DNA from: Candidatus Hodarchaeota archaeon
GTDB taxonomy: Archaea; Asgardarchaeota; Heimdallarchaeia; Hodarchaeales; Hodarchaeaceae
Direction of reading: 5' to 3'
Assembly (NCBI GenBank): GCA_029856365.1
Contig: JAHQWW010000004.1
Coordinates: 1 to 64,000 of the forward strand
Length of the DNA: 64,000 bases
Shown here: positions 1-10,276 of the stretch, piece by piece
Layout: each line of letters starts with the position of its first letter
Position numbering within the stretch: the first letter of the stretch is position 1
Notes under the pieces: generated by a model
What the model saw: the letters and a program-made list of their open reading frames with translations, nothing else
Database searches by the model: none
What the model was told of the DNA's origin: nothing
Program-made: the position numbers and the translations under genes

Positions 1-701
1 TTTTCTCACTTTTCCCCCAGATTTAAGGATTATTCACATGGTTTGAGAAAAATTCAAAAGAATTTTGCGATGGGCTAAACTAAATTAAAAAGATTTAAAG
101 GGAAATTTTTCCGTTTAAAATCTTTCCACATCTCCAATAAGTAAATAGTTTTATGCAACCAACCTACCAAAAACCTCTTTTTTTTCATTCACACATTACC
201 AATACCTCTCATTTTACATGGAAACATGTTAATAGACTAAGAACTAAGACTAAATCTATGGTAATGACTAAGGGGGGTGTGGGGGGAAGATTACTGCCAA
301 ATGTCAAAAACCCTGTTAAAAATAGTATGGAAAAATAGAAAAAAGGAAAATTCCATCTTCTTTAGTTTTCTCTTTTTTACCATAAATTGTAGGAGGTTGA
401 AATATTTTATCTACAGCAACAAATGAATTAAATAGGATGAGAGTAATAGAGAAATATATTGATTAAAACGCTGTGGGAAAGATAAAGATAAATATCACAT
501 TAATAAATATAAGTAAAAAAACCACAGACAAAACTTTAAATAACACATAATTTAGTTTATCAGACATAATTTTTCTCCAGCTATATCCGTTGTAATTGAG
601 TAGTATTCTATACTTCCAACCTATTCATTTATTTATGTGTATTGATAGACCAGTGTGTCAATTTTTACAATCAATGTGTTTATAAACTAGTGGGCTAGAG
701 A

Positions 702-956
702 GTGGGAATGGGTAATATAATGGGTATAATTGAAATTGATGATCGTGGAAGAATAACCATTCCTAAAGAAGAACGAGAACGATTAGGTTTAACTCCAGGA
801 CAAAAGGCAATTATTCGGGAAAAAGATGGTGCTCTTATTATTAAACGATTTATCAATTCAGAAAAATTCATATCCGAATTAAAAGCTTGCATCACTGTTG
901 AAGCTCACGAAATCGATCCATTAGAGCTCAAATCAATATGGGGGCCTCGTCTCTAA
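702..956 (+). CDS. vapB: AbrB/MazE/SpoVT-family antitoxin (VapB-like)
   Basis: IDDRGRITIPKEERERLGLTPGQ is the AbrB swapped-hairpin signature. Its stop abuts the PIN gene start (TAAATG). The true start may be a slightly downstream ATG. Confidence 0.9.
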   Translation: MGMGNIMGIIEIDDRGRITIPKEERERLGLTPGQKAIIREKDGALIIKRFINSEKFISELKACITVEAHEIDPLELKSIWGPRL

Positions 957-1379
957 ATGTATATGGTTGACAGTAATATTTGGGCTTATTATTTTGATGC
1001 AAATCTTCCTGAACATCGTTCTGTTGTCTCTTTTCTTGATCCACAAATTATTTCGGGAAATATCGCAGTAAGTACAATTATAATAGTGGAGGTTGTTCAC
1101 CATCTTTTTAAAAGACTGGGTTCTATAGAGGGATTTGAAAAAAGTAATATTTTTCAATTAGGTCAATTTGAAACGTTGGAGTTTACTTCACGTGACTTGG
1201 ATGAGTTATTAGCCATTATCAAACGAGTTTCACACTTTGGATTAGGTGGACGTGATGTGACAATTTTAATTTGTATGAAAAAAGCTGGGATTACGCGTTT
1301 AGTGACTCATGACCAAGCTTTTAGGCGAATAAAGGATATTGAAGTAATCGATCCAGTTGTTCTAGATAGTCCAGATTAA
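957..1379 (+). CDS. vapC: VapC-family PIN-domain toxin
   Basis: PIN acidic motifs VDSN, EV, GRD, THD; 140 aa; translationally coupled to the antitoxin. Confidence 0.9.
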   Translation: MYMVDSNIWAYYFDANLPEHRSVVSFLDPQIISGNIAVSTIIIVEVVHHLFKRLGSIEGFEKSNIFQLGQFETLEFTSRDLDELLAIIKRVSHFGLGGRDVTILICMKKAGITRLVTHDQAFRRIKDIEVIDPVVLDSPD

Positions 1380-1539
1380 ATTATATAGATGGTTCCACTA
1401 TCGCTATTTCAAAACATATGTATGAATGTTACCATATCGTTGGGCATCACACATTTTGCGCAGTGGATAAAAAATAAAAAGTTATGGATTTGTAGAGATC
1501 CTAGAATGAGTTTACGCCTAATAAAAGGAAGATGAAATA

Positions 1540-2790
1540 TTATTTATTTTGTTTCTTCCTCAAAATGATAATTACACCGATTGAGAAAACTAGAACAAAC
1601 ATTTGTGGATAATCTACGGGGGTTTCTGGAGGAGTAATTTCTGAAAGAAATAAGTACGCTTTTCCTCTGTGACCAACATCTTCAAATAAATCTCCTGGTA
1701 CACCTATCAAAAAATCATCCAGACCACTATTGTCAACGTCCCCAGCCCCAGATAAATCAAATCCAAACCAATCACTCTGAGTCTCTCCTATAAAAGATGC
1801 ATTACTCTGATCTAAAGGCATATTCTGTGCCCATTGATCTGAAGATCGGCCTAATATTAGATATACCTTTCCTAAATGACCTCCTTCCTTTGGTCCAAAG
1901 GCACCAATTAAGAAGTCATCATTGCTATCATTATTTGTATCACCAACCCCTGTTACGCAGAAACCAGACCCAAGAAATTCTTCTTCCCCTAAAAAGGAAC
2001 CATTACTCTCTGAGAAGTAATAAATTGTCTGCCATTCTTCAGTTGGCCGTCCTAGAATCAAATACGTTTTTTCATCTTGCGTATCCCCAAAGATAAAATC
2101 AGAAAAACCATCGTTATTGACATCACTAGCCCCAGAATTCCATCTCCATGATAAGCCCATACCACCACTTGCTTCTTCGCTTATAAAAGTAACATTCGCT
2201 TGGGACAATGGCATATCTTTCTGCCATTGTTTGGTTGGTCTCCCAAAGATCAGGTGGATTTTTCTATTGTAGTCGATTGATTGACCCTCAAATGCTCCTA
2301 TGACAAAATCATCAAAGCCATCTTTGTTCACATCGCCAGCTTTACTAACCCAGTTTCCTGAACAATCTCCACTTGCTTCACCTATGAAAGATGCATTAGC
2401 TAATGATAAGGAATACTGACCGTTCCACTCGAAAGTTGAACTTCCTAAAATGAGATATGTCTGTCCTGCATTGCCACCGCCTTCATCATTGTCAAGTACT
2501 CCAATTATTAAATCATCAAAGCCATCATTATTGACATCACCAACGCCAGTTGCTCCATGACCTGCTCTGTCACCATTGTTTTCCCCAATGAAAGTTGTAT
2601 TCAGATTTAAACTGGAGCTATTTTCCTTCCATTGTTCTGAAGAACGTCCAAGAAAGACCATGACTGCTTCTTTATCGCTATTATCTGTAATACCCCAGCC
2701 TGAATTCATAATAATGAAATCATCATAAGAATCACCGTTAAAATTGCCTTCTATTGCTGGAGCTGTAAAACACCAATCAGCGGAATAAAC
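1540..2790 (-). pseudogene. FG-GAP repeat (integrin-alpha-like beta-propeller) surface protein with C-terminal membrane anchor, 5'-truncated
   Basis: Repeated GDVNNDGFDDLIIG-type Ca-binding motifs and a C-terminal TM followed by RKKQNK. The frame stays open upstream of the ATG at 2709 (…GNFNGDSYDDFII) to a stop at ~2791 where the IS remnant begins. No signal peptide. Confidence 0.8.
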
Positions 2791-3541
2791 TCATGATGAT
2801 ATTTCACAAAAAGATGAGTTAATCACAGTCATTTGGTTAAATGCACCCGAACCAATCACGTTAGCAGTCCAACTTCTCCCAGCAGAACATTCGACTTTCA
2901 AGACGGTTCAGAGCCTTTTGACACCTCTACTCACTCAAGAACGAATTGTTGGAGTACTTGCGGATGGTGGATTTTATAATTGGGATTTAATCCAGTGGCT
3001 TATTCATAAGCAAGTTTTTTTCATCATTCGAGGACGTGTTAATAGAGGTGTTAAACCTTTGGTGCAAAAACACCAAGAAGAGTTACGTCAAAAAGGAACA
3101 CATTTGGTTGTAGACTATCGACTGAATAAAGGTCATACTCGAAAACGACTTCCCGTTAAGCTCGCTCTTTGCCGAGCAGGTTATCGTATCATGGCTTTAA
3201 TTGCACCTCCCACCTGTGTTCTCCCAGGAAGACGGATATATGAGCTTTATCGGCAGCGTTTCACGATTGAGACCTATTATAGGCAGATGCATCGTTTTTA
3301 GATTTTTAGTTGCTCCCAACACCCAACTATCCGATTTATTATCGTTCTTCTCGCATTTTGGTTATGTAATTTCTGGGCCTACTTTAAAGCGCCGCTTAAT
3401 CTCTTAAAGTCAACTAGTCGTAGGTGTCGGGTGGATTTTGTCTATACAGCAAACGATTTTTGTGAATTCCTTCGTACATCATGGGATCGGACGCTATTTA
3501 ACGGACAAGGGGTATTTCCGAGGAGGTGATGCGAAGTACTG
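2790..3541 (+). mobile_element. Decayed ISH3/IS4-superfamily insertion sequence (right part only)
   Basis: DDE transposase fragment followed by gcgaagtactg at 3531-3541 (reverse complement CAGTACTTCGC, resembling ISH3-family termini). No left end found. Confidence 0.75.
2819..3529 (+). pseudogene. DDE transposase pseudogene (N-terminally truncated, internal TAG at 3299-3301)
   Basis: LADGGFY and YRQRFTIETYYR motifs. The same frame continues past the TAG (IFSCSQHPTIRFIIVLLAFWLCNFW…) to TGA at 3527-3529. Confidence 0.85.
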
Positions 3542-3730
3542 GTTGGTTAAGCAACATTACATTATAAAATATCTATGAACTTCGTCAAACGAAACTTTGA
3601 CGACGCTCATGAATTTTCCACTCAATTGGAAAAAGGAACTCTCTTCCCTATTTTTTGTTGTCTATAGAACATTTAGTGAAATATCAATCAATGGGAGGGA
3701 TTTGTTATGTAGCCAAAAGATGATAAAATG

Positions 3731-3898
3731 CTAATGCCATCGCCAACGATCTTCTTCTTTTATTTTTAACGGGGGTTCTTTTCCATATTTTAATTCCAGA
3801 GGGTGCATTATTTCCTTGTTGGTATGAAATATTATGTTTTTTTTGGATTTTTTGTTAACATCAGCTAGGTCAGCGGCTTTAGCGTTGCGTTTTGACAC
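3731..3898 (-). CDS. Putative small basic protein (55 aa), below the ORF-track cutoff
   Basis: Manual translation from GTG: MSKRNAKAADLADVNKKSKKNIIFHTNKEIMHPLELKYGKEPPLKIKEEDRWRWH*. Purine-rich upstream; lies in an otherwise empty gap. Confidence 0.35.
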   Translation of the reverse strand: MSKRNAKAADLADVNKKSKKNIIFHTNKEIMHPLELKYGKEPPLKIKEEDRWRWH

Positions 3899-4199
3899 CT
3901 TTTCTCTTTCCTATCAAACCAGTAAACTCTGTTGTTCCTAGTTTATATGTCCCTACAGATATAATCACCCTAAAAAGTCACGTTGATACGCTGGTATTGC
4001 ATTCAGTCAAAACTCGATTTAAATCCGACTTAATTCAATAATTAACCTATAAGTGCAAAAGAAACATAAAAATAGGAGGGAATAATATATACGGATTCCA
4101 AAATTTATCTCAAACATTCCTCTTACCTCTATTTGAGGTTTCTTTTTTTCGAACGATTTTTTATGCGATTCTAAGGTTATCAGACCAGAAGGAACTGAA

Positions 4200-5615
4200 G
4201 TGACTCCACGAACTAAGAAAACGAAAGATCCTCTTAAGCTGGTAAGATCTGCTATCTTTGCATTAAACAGAAAGAAGTGGGTAAAAGCATGTAGAAAATT
4301 TGAAGTCGCATTAATAGATGAAGAAGTGCAACAAAATGCGAGAGTGTGGGCAAATTATGGCATTGCATTAACTAACCTCAAGCTATACTCGGAAGCACAA
4401 AAAGCTTTTACTAAAGCAGTCAGTTTGGAAAAAACGAATCCTGAGTTATGGGTTAAAAAAGGTCTGACTGAATTTCGATTAGAAAATTACTCTGAGGCAA
4501 AGAATAGTTTTGAACAAGCAATGAGACGAGACAATAAAGATCTTGAAATTCCAATCTTACTTAGTCGAACCCTCCGTAAACAAGATAACCATAAGAAAGC
4601 CATCAAGGTTCTTGAGGCAGCTCTGAAGAAATTCCCTCAATCACACCAAATCCCTATAGAACTGGCTATCGTATTGAGTAAACAGAATGAGGATAAAAAA
4701 GCGGAACAAGTACTTAAAAAAGCCATTCAAAATGCTAATCATCCTGATGCAGGACTTCTCCTCGCCCAAACATTATTAGATGATAAAGAATTCAAACAAG
4801 CCATCCTAATTTACGAAGAATTATTATCTCGTTTTCCTCGGTCTCCACATGTCCAGTATGGGCTAGGTGTTTCATATCATGCGGATAATGAATGGCAAAA
4901 AGCCTTGGACGCATATCAACGAGCTTTACCTTTGTTTAGACCAGAGAAACCACCTCAAAACCTCTTCGTGAATATGGCACGGGTATTAAAGAATTTGAAC
5001 CGAAAGAAGGAGGCTATAGAGTCACTTTACCAAGCAAAAAAATATGGTAAAACTACCATAGAGATACTATTGCTACTAACCGAATTATTTCTGGAAGAAA
5101 ACCGTCCTGACCGAGCAAAACGTGCATTAGAAGATGCTATGCGACTTGATAAATACAATCCTGTCATTCCTTTCTATTTAGGTCGCACTTTATTACAAAT
5201 GAAAGATAGTAAGCAAGCTAAAGAGAATTTTAAACGAACTTTGGAATTGGATCCTGAATTTCATGAAAGTAAATTACAATTAGCCCTTCTAGCAATACAA
5301 GAAAAGGATTTTAGAACAGCTTTCAAATTAGCAGATGAGGTGGCTACTGCTGATCCTAATCACATACCTGGGAATCAGCTGGCTGCTAAACTAGCCTATG
5401 ATTTGCAGCATTATAGGAGAACTATTGAACTGTTAAAACCAATTGTCATGAAAGATCCTGAAAACCGATTAGGAGACTTAGAACTGTTACTCAATTCATG
5501 GTTACTGCTTAGTCAACCCGAGAAGGCCACCTCATTCCTAAATAAACTCCTAGGAGAGTATAAAGATTTAAAAGATAAACTGCATTCGAGATCTTTTTTC
5601 AATCAATTTCTCTAA
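4200..5615 (+). CDS. Tetratricopeptide repeat protein
   Basis: Multiple canonical TPRs (WANYGIAL…A…F..A..L; FYLGRTL…AKENFKRTLELDP). Confidence 0.9.
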   Translation: MTPRTKKTKDPLKLVRSAIFALNRKKWVKACRKFEVALIDEEVQQNARVWANYGIALTNLKLYSEAQKAFTKAVSLEKTNPELWVKKGLTEFRLENYSEAKNSFEQAMRRDNKDLEIPILLSRTLRKQDNHKKAIKVLEAALKKFPQSHQIPIELAIVLSKQNEDKKAEQVLKKAIQNANHPDAGLLLAQTLLDDKEFKQAILIYEELLSRFPRSPHVQYGLGVSYHADNEWQKALDAYQRALPLFRPEKPPQNLFVNMARVLKNLNRKKEAIESLYQAKKYGKTTIEILLLLTELFLEENRPDRAKRALEDAMRLDKYNPVIPFYLGRTLLQMKDSKQAKENFKRTLELDPEFHESKLQLALLAIQEKDFRTAFKLADEVATADPNHIPGNQLAAKLAYDLQHYRRTIELLKPIVMKDPENRLGDLELLLNSWLLLSQPEKATSFLNKLLGEYKDLKDKLHSRSFFNQFL

Positions 5616-5694
5616 ATTAAATCCTTCAATAGAGAGGTATTAAATTGAGAAAAATGATTATAGGTCAGTCTCTAAATGGAGGATTTGAAAGAAA

Positions 5695-6489
5695 TTGGAG
5701 ATAAAACTAAGAAATAAGCGATATGTACTTATGGATTGCGATGGTGTAGTTTGGAAGGGAGATCAGCTGATTAAAGGAGTAAAATCAATCCTAGATAAGT
5801 TGGAACAGAAGGGATTTCGGTTAGGATTTGTAACGAACAACTCTAGTTTGTCTCGACAAGGCTTTAAACAGAAATTTGAATCGTTTGGAATTAATCCAGC
5901 GAATTATTCAATCATAAATTCAGCATATGGAACAGCAATATATTTGAGAGAGCAAGATTATAATCGAACCTTAATGATTGGCGAAAAGGGGTTACGAGAG
6001 GAACTAGAACTTCAGAATATTTATGTCACAGAAGAGTATGAATCTCAACTTCAAGGTGTATGCATTGGATGGGATCGACAGCTGACTTGGCGAAAACTAG
6101 CGGACGCTATGAGGGTTATTCTAAATGATAGTGGTTTTTTTGTTGGTACAAACCCTGATAATAGCTATCCCATGGAAGATTCCTTAGTTCCAGGAGCAGG
6201 GGCTGGAATTGCTGCACTTGCGACTGCTTGTGGAAGAGATCCCGATATAATAATCGGTAAACCTAACCGATTCTTAATCGACTTAATTCTTGATGAGATG
6301 GGGTGTGATAATCCATCAGAGGCATTTTATATCGGTGATCGTTTAGCTACTGATATTTTAGCGGGAATTAATGCCGAAATTGATACAGTATTGGTAAAAA
6401 CAGGGATTTCCGATAATCACCTGAAAAAAACCATTTTACCTACAACAGAACTTGATTCAATTGCCGATATATTTACACTATTAAGTTAA
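5695..6489 (+). CDS. HAD-superfamily IIA hydrolase (NagD/phosphoglycolate-pyridoxal phosphatase-like)
   Basis: DCDGV, TNNS, TNPD, GKP, IGDRLATDI motifs. Confidence 0.92.
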   Translation: MEIKLRNKRYVLMDCDGVVWKGDQLIKGVKSILDKLEQKGFRLGFVTNNSSLSRQGFKQKFESFGINPANYSIINSAYGTAIYLREQDYNRTLMIGEKGLREELELQNIYVTEEYESQLQGVCIGWDRQLTWRKLADAMRVILNDSGFFVGTNPDNSYPMEDSLVPGAGAGIAALATACGRDPDIIIGKPNRFLIDLILDEMGCDNPSEAFYIGDRLATDILAGINAEIDTVLVKTGISDNHLKKTILPTTELDSIADIFTLLS

Positions 6490-6522
6490 TTTCTTTATAG
6501 CTGAAAAACGGATGATACCTTA

Positions 6523-9231
6523 ATGCGGTTTTTGCAGATATTCAGACAAAATGGATTTATTTTTTTGTTTGTTCTGCATTTAATTCTTCTAAGCAGCATG
6601 AACTTCAATTCAACATTATTTTTTCGCCCACAGCCAATTTTTAAAACTTTTCTCCCCTCTGTAAGTTTTTCTTCCGCTTTTCCTGAATCAACTAATTTTG
6701 AACAGTTTTTAGGTTTAAATAATGAAATTTTTCCAAAAATTCAAAGAATCGGAGATGAAAATGAAACTTTCAAAGCTATTCTTGAGCTCATTAATCCTCA
6801 AACTATAATTGAAGATGGATTCACTGGTGAAAACGTCACTATTGCCATTTTAGATTCAGGAATTAATGATGTCGGCTGGATCACGAATTTAGTTGCTAAA
6901 TTCACAACTATTTCTAATTCTACACAAGTCGACGACGATAATGGCCATGGAACATTAGTAGGATCTATTATTTCCAAAATTGCTCCTAATGCTAATCTAA
7001 TCAGCATTAAAGTCAGTGATTCATCAGGATTCGCGAAAACTAAATGGATTGAAGAAGGGGTGAAACTCGCTCTTTCTAACAATGTGTCGATCATTCATGC
7101 CTCACTCGGAACAACCAACTTAGAAGCTTTAAATTATTCACTGATCGCTAGTTTAAGTAATAATAATATAACTACTGTATTTTCTGCTGGAAATTATGGG
7201 CCTTATTCTACCAGCTTGTCATCTCCTGCGATTTTTGCTGAAACAATCGCGGTGGGAATGGCTTATAATCAAACTGATATATATTTCAGTTCTTCCAAAG
7301 GCCCACGACCCTCAGGAATGATGGGACCAGATTTAGTGGCGCCAGGCGTCGAAATTATTGGTTATAATCATGAAGGAAACATTATTAATGAGAGTGGGAC
7401 CTCTTTTGCTGCTTCATTCGTCACTGGAGCTCTCGCTCTTTTGAAAGAAGCCTTCCCAGAGGCCTCTCCAACAACCTTAAAGGCAGCTATTCTTGAAACA
7501 GCACTTTTTATGAATAATACTTCTCCAATCAGACAAGGAAATGGCCTATTAGATATTTCTAAAGCTTACGAGTTATTATTAAAACGCATCAATGTTAGCA
7601 CTCCACTATTTACTTTTGCTCCTCGAGAAATATCGTCATATTTTTCTTATTTTGGCCATGCGATCAACGGACTGAACCGAACTTATCGTATCAGCCTCTA
7701 TTCCACGATAGATACTAATTTAACGGAAATTAATACCTATCAAACATTTCCAAGTAGAAATACTAGTTACAAATTCCCATTCAATATAAGTGTTGGAACT
7801 CTACCACAGGAAATTACCGCTGGTCAAAATTACATCGATTTATCATTGAACATACCTGAAGATCTAAGCATGGCAAAACGAGAGGGAATTGTTATTTTTC
7901 AGTTTTCAAATGGAATATACTCCTCCAATCTCTCAGTTACCATCGAGAACAGATATCCAGGAGGTAATATTCTATTCTATCAAGGTTTTGATAATGATAC
8001 TTTCATTCCTGATGGGCCATCAGGTAGTTTCAGTCAGTTGCAGCAATTCTTAGAGAACTACTATGGACTCCAGACAACAGGTGCCATTCGGCCTTCAGGA
8101 CTGATCAGCATAAATGGTCCGCTAGTCGCAACTGAACAAGTTTCTGGGAAAATAACACAGCAAGATTTGAAGGATCAACATATTCTTGTCTTAGCTGACA
8201 TTGAGTTTGGAATAACTGACCAAGAAATTACTCTCATCCAGAATTGGATTTCAGAGGGACATTCACTATTAGTTCTCTCGTATCCATCTCAAATATTTCA
8301 AGGTAATGAGATTCTGTCAAATCAAACAGCTATCAATAAGTTATTGGAAAACTATGGCCTCAGTATCGAAGATGATCCTACAAATCTCTCACGATTTTTA
8401 TGGGCTACAACGAGTATTTCAGATCCAATATTTGAGAAAAAGGGTTGGGAATTCAACTACATTGGCACATCTATCAAGATTTCACCTGAAAAAGGAGGAA
8501 AAGTTCTTGCCATAGCTACTAATGAACTAGATGATAGTCAAGAATTTCCAATAGCTGGATATTGGGAAGATTCAGAATCTAAAGGAAAACTTATTGTTTT
8601 TGGAGGAATGTATCCTTTTAATGACCTTGGGCTAAATCCAGAAAAAGAAAATCTTGAGGTAATCACGCGTATATTCCGTTGGATGATTCAAGATCAGCAA
8701 TTATCATTAGATATTCTTCTGACTTCTTCTCCCTCAACAGGAGGATCAACTCAAATACAATTAACTATTAATGATCCAGCTTTTAGGAAATCTCATTTTA
8801 ATGGTACAATTATAGAAGCTAACGGATCCTTCAGTCAAATTATGTTTAAAAAATCAACGAATATATTTATTGGTTCTTGGAAACCAGTGGCTGTTGGTCA
8901 GGCTAGCATTTGGCTGAATCTGAGAGTTCCAAGTAAGGCTCCAACCAATGGTGTATATGTTTTAGATGTTCTCGATACTTCATCCCAGAACTTTTTCTTT
9001 ATATTTATCCTTGGTGGTTTTATTCTATTAGGCATAGTATATTACCTATTAGCCTCACGACAACCTCAAAGACGATCACCCATTGAACAAAGGGTGGCCC
9101 TTGAATTGCAAAAACGAAAGCTCGACACTCAACTTACAGGACCAGAAACACTTGAAAAATGTTCTCAGTGTGGAACCAGACGCTACGATAAGAAATCCAA
9201 ATATTGCTTCAAATGTGGGAAAGAATTGTGA
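6523..9231 (+). CDS. Membrane-anchored S8 subtilase, site-1-protease-like architecture, C-terminal zinc ribbon
   Basis: N-terminal hydrophobic segment; triad ILDSG/NGHGT/GTSFA; oxyanion AGN; downstream GATase-like/DUF4350-type domain; TM; CSQCG…CFKCG. Confidence 0.88.
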   Translation: MRFLQIFRQNGFIFLFVLHLILLSSMNFNSTLFFRPQPIFKTFLPSVSFSSAFPESTNFEQFLGLNNEIFPKIQRIGDENETFKAILELINPQTIIEDGFTGENVTIAILDSGINDVGWITNLVAKFTTISNSTQVDDDNGHGTLVGSIISKIAPNANLISIKVSDSSGFAKTKWIEEGVKLALSNNVSIIHASLGTTNLEALNYSLIASLSNNNITTVFSAGNYGPYSTSLSSPAIFAETIAVGMAYNQTDIYFSSSKGPRPSGMMGPDLVAPGVEIIGYNHEGNIINESGTSFAASFVTGALALLKEAFPEASPTTLKAAILETALFMNNTSPIRQGNGLLDISKAYELLLKRINVSTPLFTFAPREISSYFSYFGHAINGLNRTYRISLYSTIDTNLTEINTYQTFPSRNTSYKFPFNISVGTLPQEITAGQNYIDLSLNIPEDLSMAKREGIVIFQFSNGIYSSNLSVTIENRYPGGNILFYQGFDNDTFIPDGPSGSFSQLQQFLENYYGLQTTGAIRPSGLISINGPLVATEQVSGKITQQDLKDQHILVLADIEFGITDQEITLIQNWISEGHSLLVLSYPSQIFQGNEILSNQTAINKLLENYGLSIEDDPTNLSRFLWATTSISDPIFEKKGWEFNYIGTSIKISPEKGGKVLAIATNELDDSQEFPIAGYWEDSESKGKLIVFGGMYPFNDLGLNPEKENLEVITRIFRWMIQDQQLSLDILLTSSPSTGGSTQIQLTINDPAFRKSHFNGTIIEANGSFSQIMFKKSTNIFIGSWKPVAVGQASIWLNLRVPSKAPTNGVYVLDVLDTSSQNFFFIFILGGFILLGIVYYLLASRQPQRRSPIEQRVALELQKRKLDTQLTGPETLEKCSQCGTRRYDKKSKYCFKCGKEL

Positions 9232-10124
9232 GGATTGCAACTCACACAGATTTTGATGGCATTTGTTGCGCTGCTCTATTTCTACGAAAATTTGGATTTG
9301 ATATTAAAGTAATATATTCCACCGTTAAGGAGGCTAAAGACTTATCTAATGGTGGTTTTTCCGTTGATTATACCTGTGATTTACCAAAGATTGGAACATC
9401 AGTCAATATAGATCATCATAAATCAAATTATGAAGAATTAAAGAGAACGAATCGGTTAACACAAGAGGACAAAGTTAATCCCAACGCTGCTTCTGCGACT
9501 GATCTTGTTTTTACGTTTTTAGAATATGAGAATGACTCTATCGCCGAGGAAATAAGAGAACTCGGGCACCTTGCAGACATTGCACAATTGCCTTCTGAAT
9601 ATCATCCACTAGACATTGTTTTAAATATGAATAGCGACGATCCCGTTAGTCTCCGTAAAATCAGCGAGTTATTAGCCAAAAAAGGACGACAAATCCTTAC
9701 AACTCAATGGCTTCAAGAGAATTATAGCAAAGTCCGTTCTATATATGAGGATACCCACAACAAAATTAAGGAATTCCTTGCAAACAATTCAACATTCCCT
9801 CGGATTTTAATCTTGGATACTCGTCAAGCACTTCCCAGTAAATTAGCAAAAGAAGTGTTTCAGCCAATTTTTGAACGAAATGTTGCTGTAATAGCATTAG
9901 TCTATTCAAAATCAACTCAAGAGCCTATTCGAGTAAGTTTTCGAGTAGCAAAAGCTGAACAGATGAGATATGATGTTTCCACCGTTGCAAAAAGATTCGG
10001 AGGTGGTGGTCATAGGATGGCGGCTGCCTGTTCTCCTAAATACGAGGAAATTCCTGAAAAATTAGTAAGAGAGCTTGAAAACATAGCTTTAGTAGGTGAT
10101 TCAATCAAATACCTTCATTTATAG
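9204..10124 (+). CDS. DHH/DHHA1 family phosphoesterase (NrnA-like)
   Basis: HTDFDG, CD, DHH and GGGGHRMAA motifs. The true start is probably the GTG at 9228, overlapping the upstream stop. Confidence 0.9.
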   Translation: MLQMWERIVRIATHTDFDGICCAALFLRKFGFDIKVIYSTVKEAKDLSNGGFSVDYTCDLPKIGTSVNIDHHKSNYEELKRTNRLTQEDKVNPNAASATDLVFTFLEYENDSIAEEIRELGHLADIAQLPSEYHPLDIVLNMNSDDPVSLRKISELLAKKGRQILTTQWLQENYSKVRSIYEDTHNKIKEFLANNSTFPRILILDTRQALPSKLAKEVFQPIFERNVAVIALVYSKSTQEPIRVSFRVAKAEQMRYDVSTVAKRFGGGGHRMAAACSPKYEEIPEKLVRELENIALVGDSIKYLHL

Positions 10125-10276
10125 AGAATATAATTTGATTTGTTAAACTAAGGTATTGATGAATAATTATCTTAAAGAATCATTTTAGTTTATCAATTAC
10201 TTCACCATAAAACTTTTGTTTTTCCCATTTATTATAAAATAAGGCAACTAGCTACTATTTAACCTTAAGAATATTT

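Noticed and set aside
3299-3301. In-frame TAG in the transposase as possible pyrrolysine or readthrough
   Set aside because: The element is already truncated, so a nonsense mutation (e.g. CAG to TAG) is simpler. No pyl genes are in the window, and TAG serves as a normal stop elsewhere.
3850-3900. Integron attC-like end (…gccgctgacctagctgatGTTAACA on the minus strand)
   Set aside because: No matching inverse core site or integrase; better explained as coding sequence of a small ORF.
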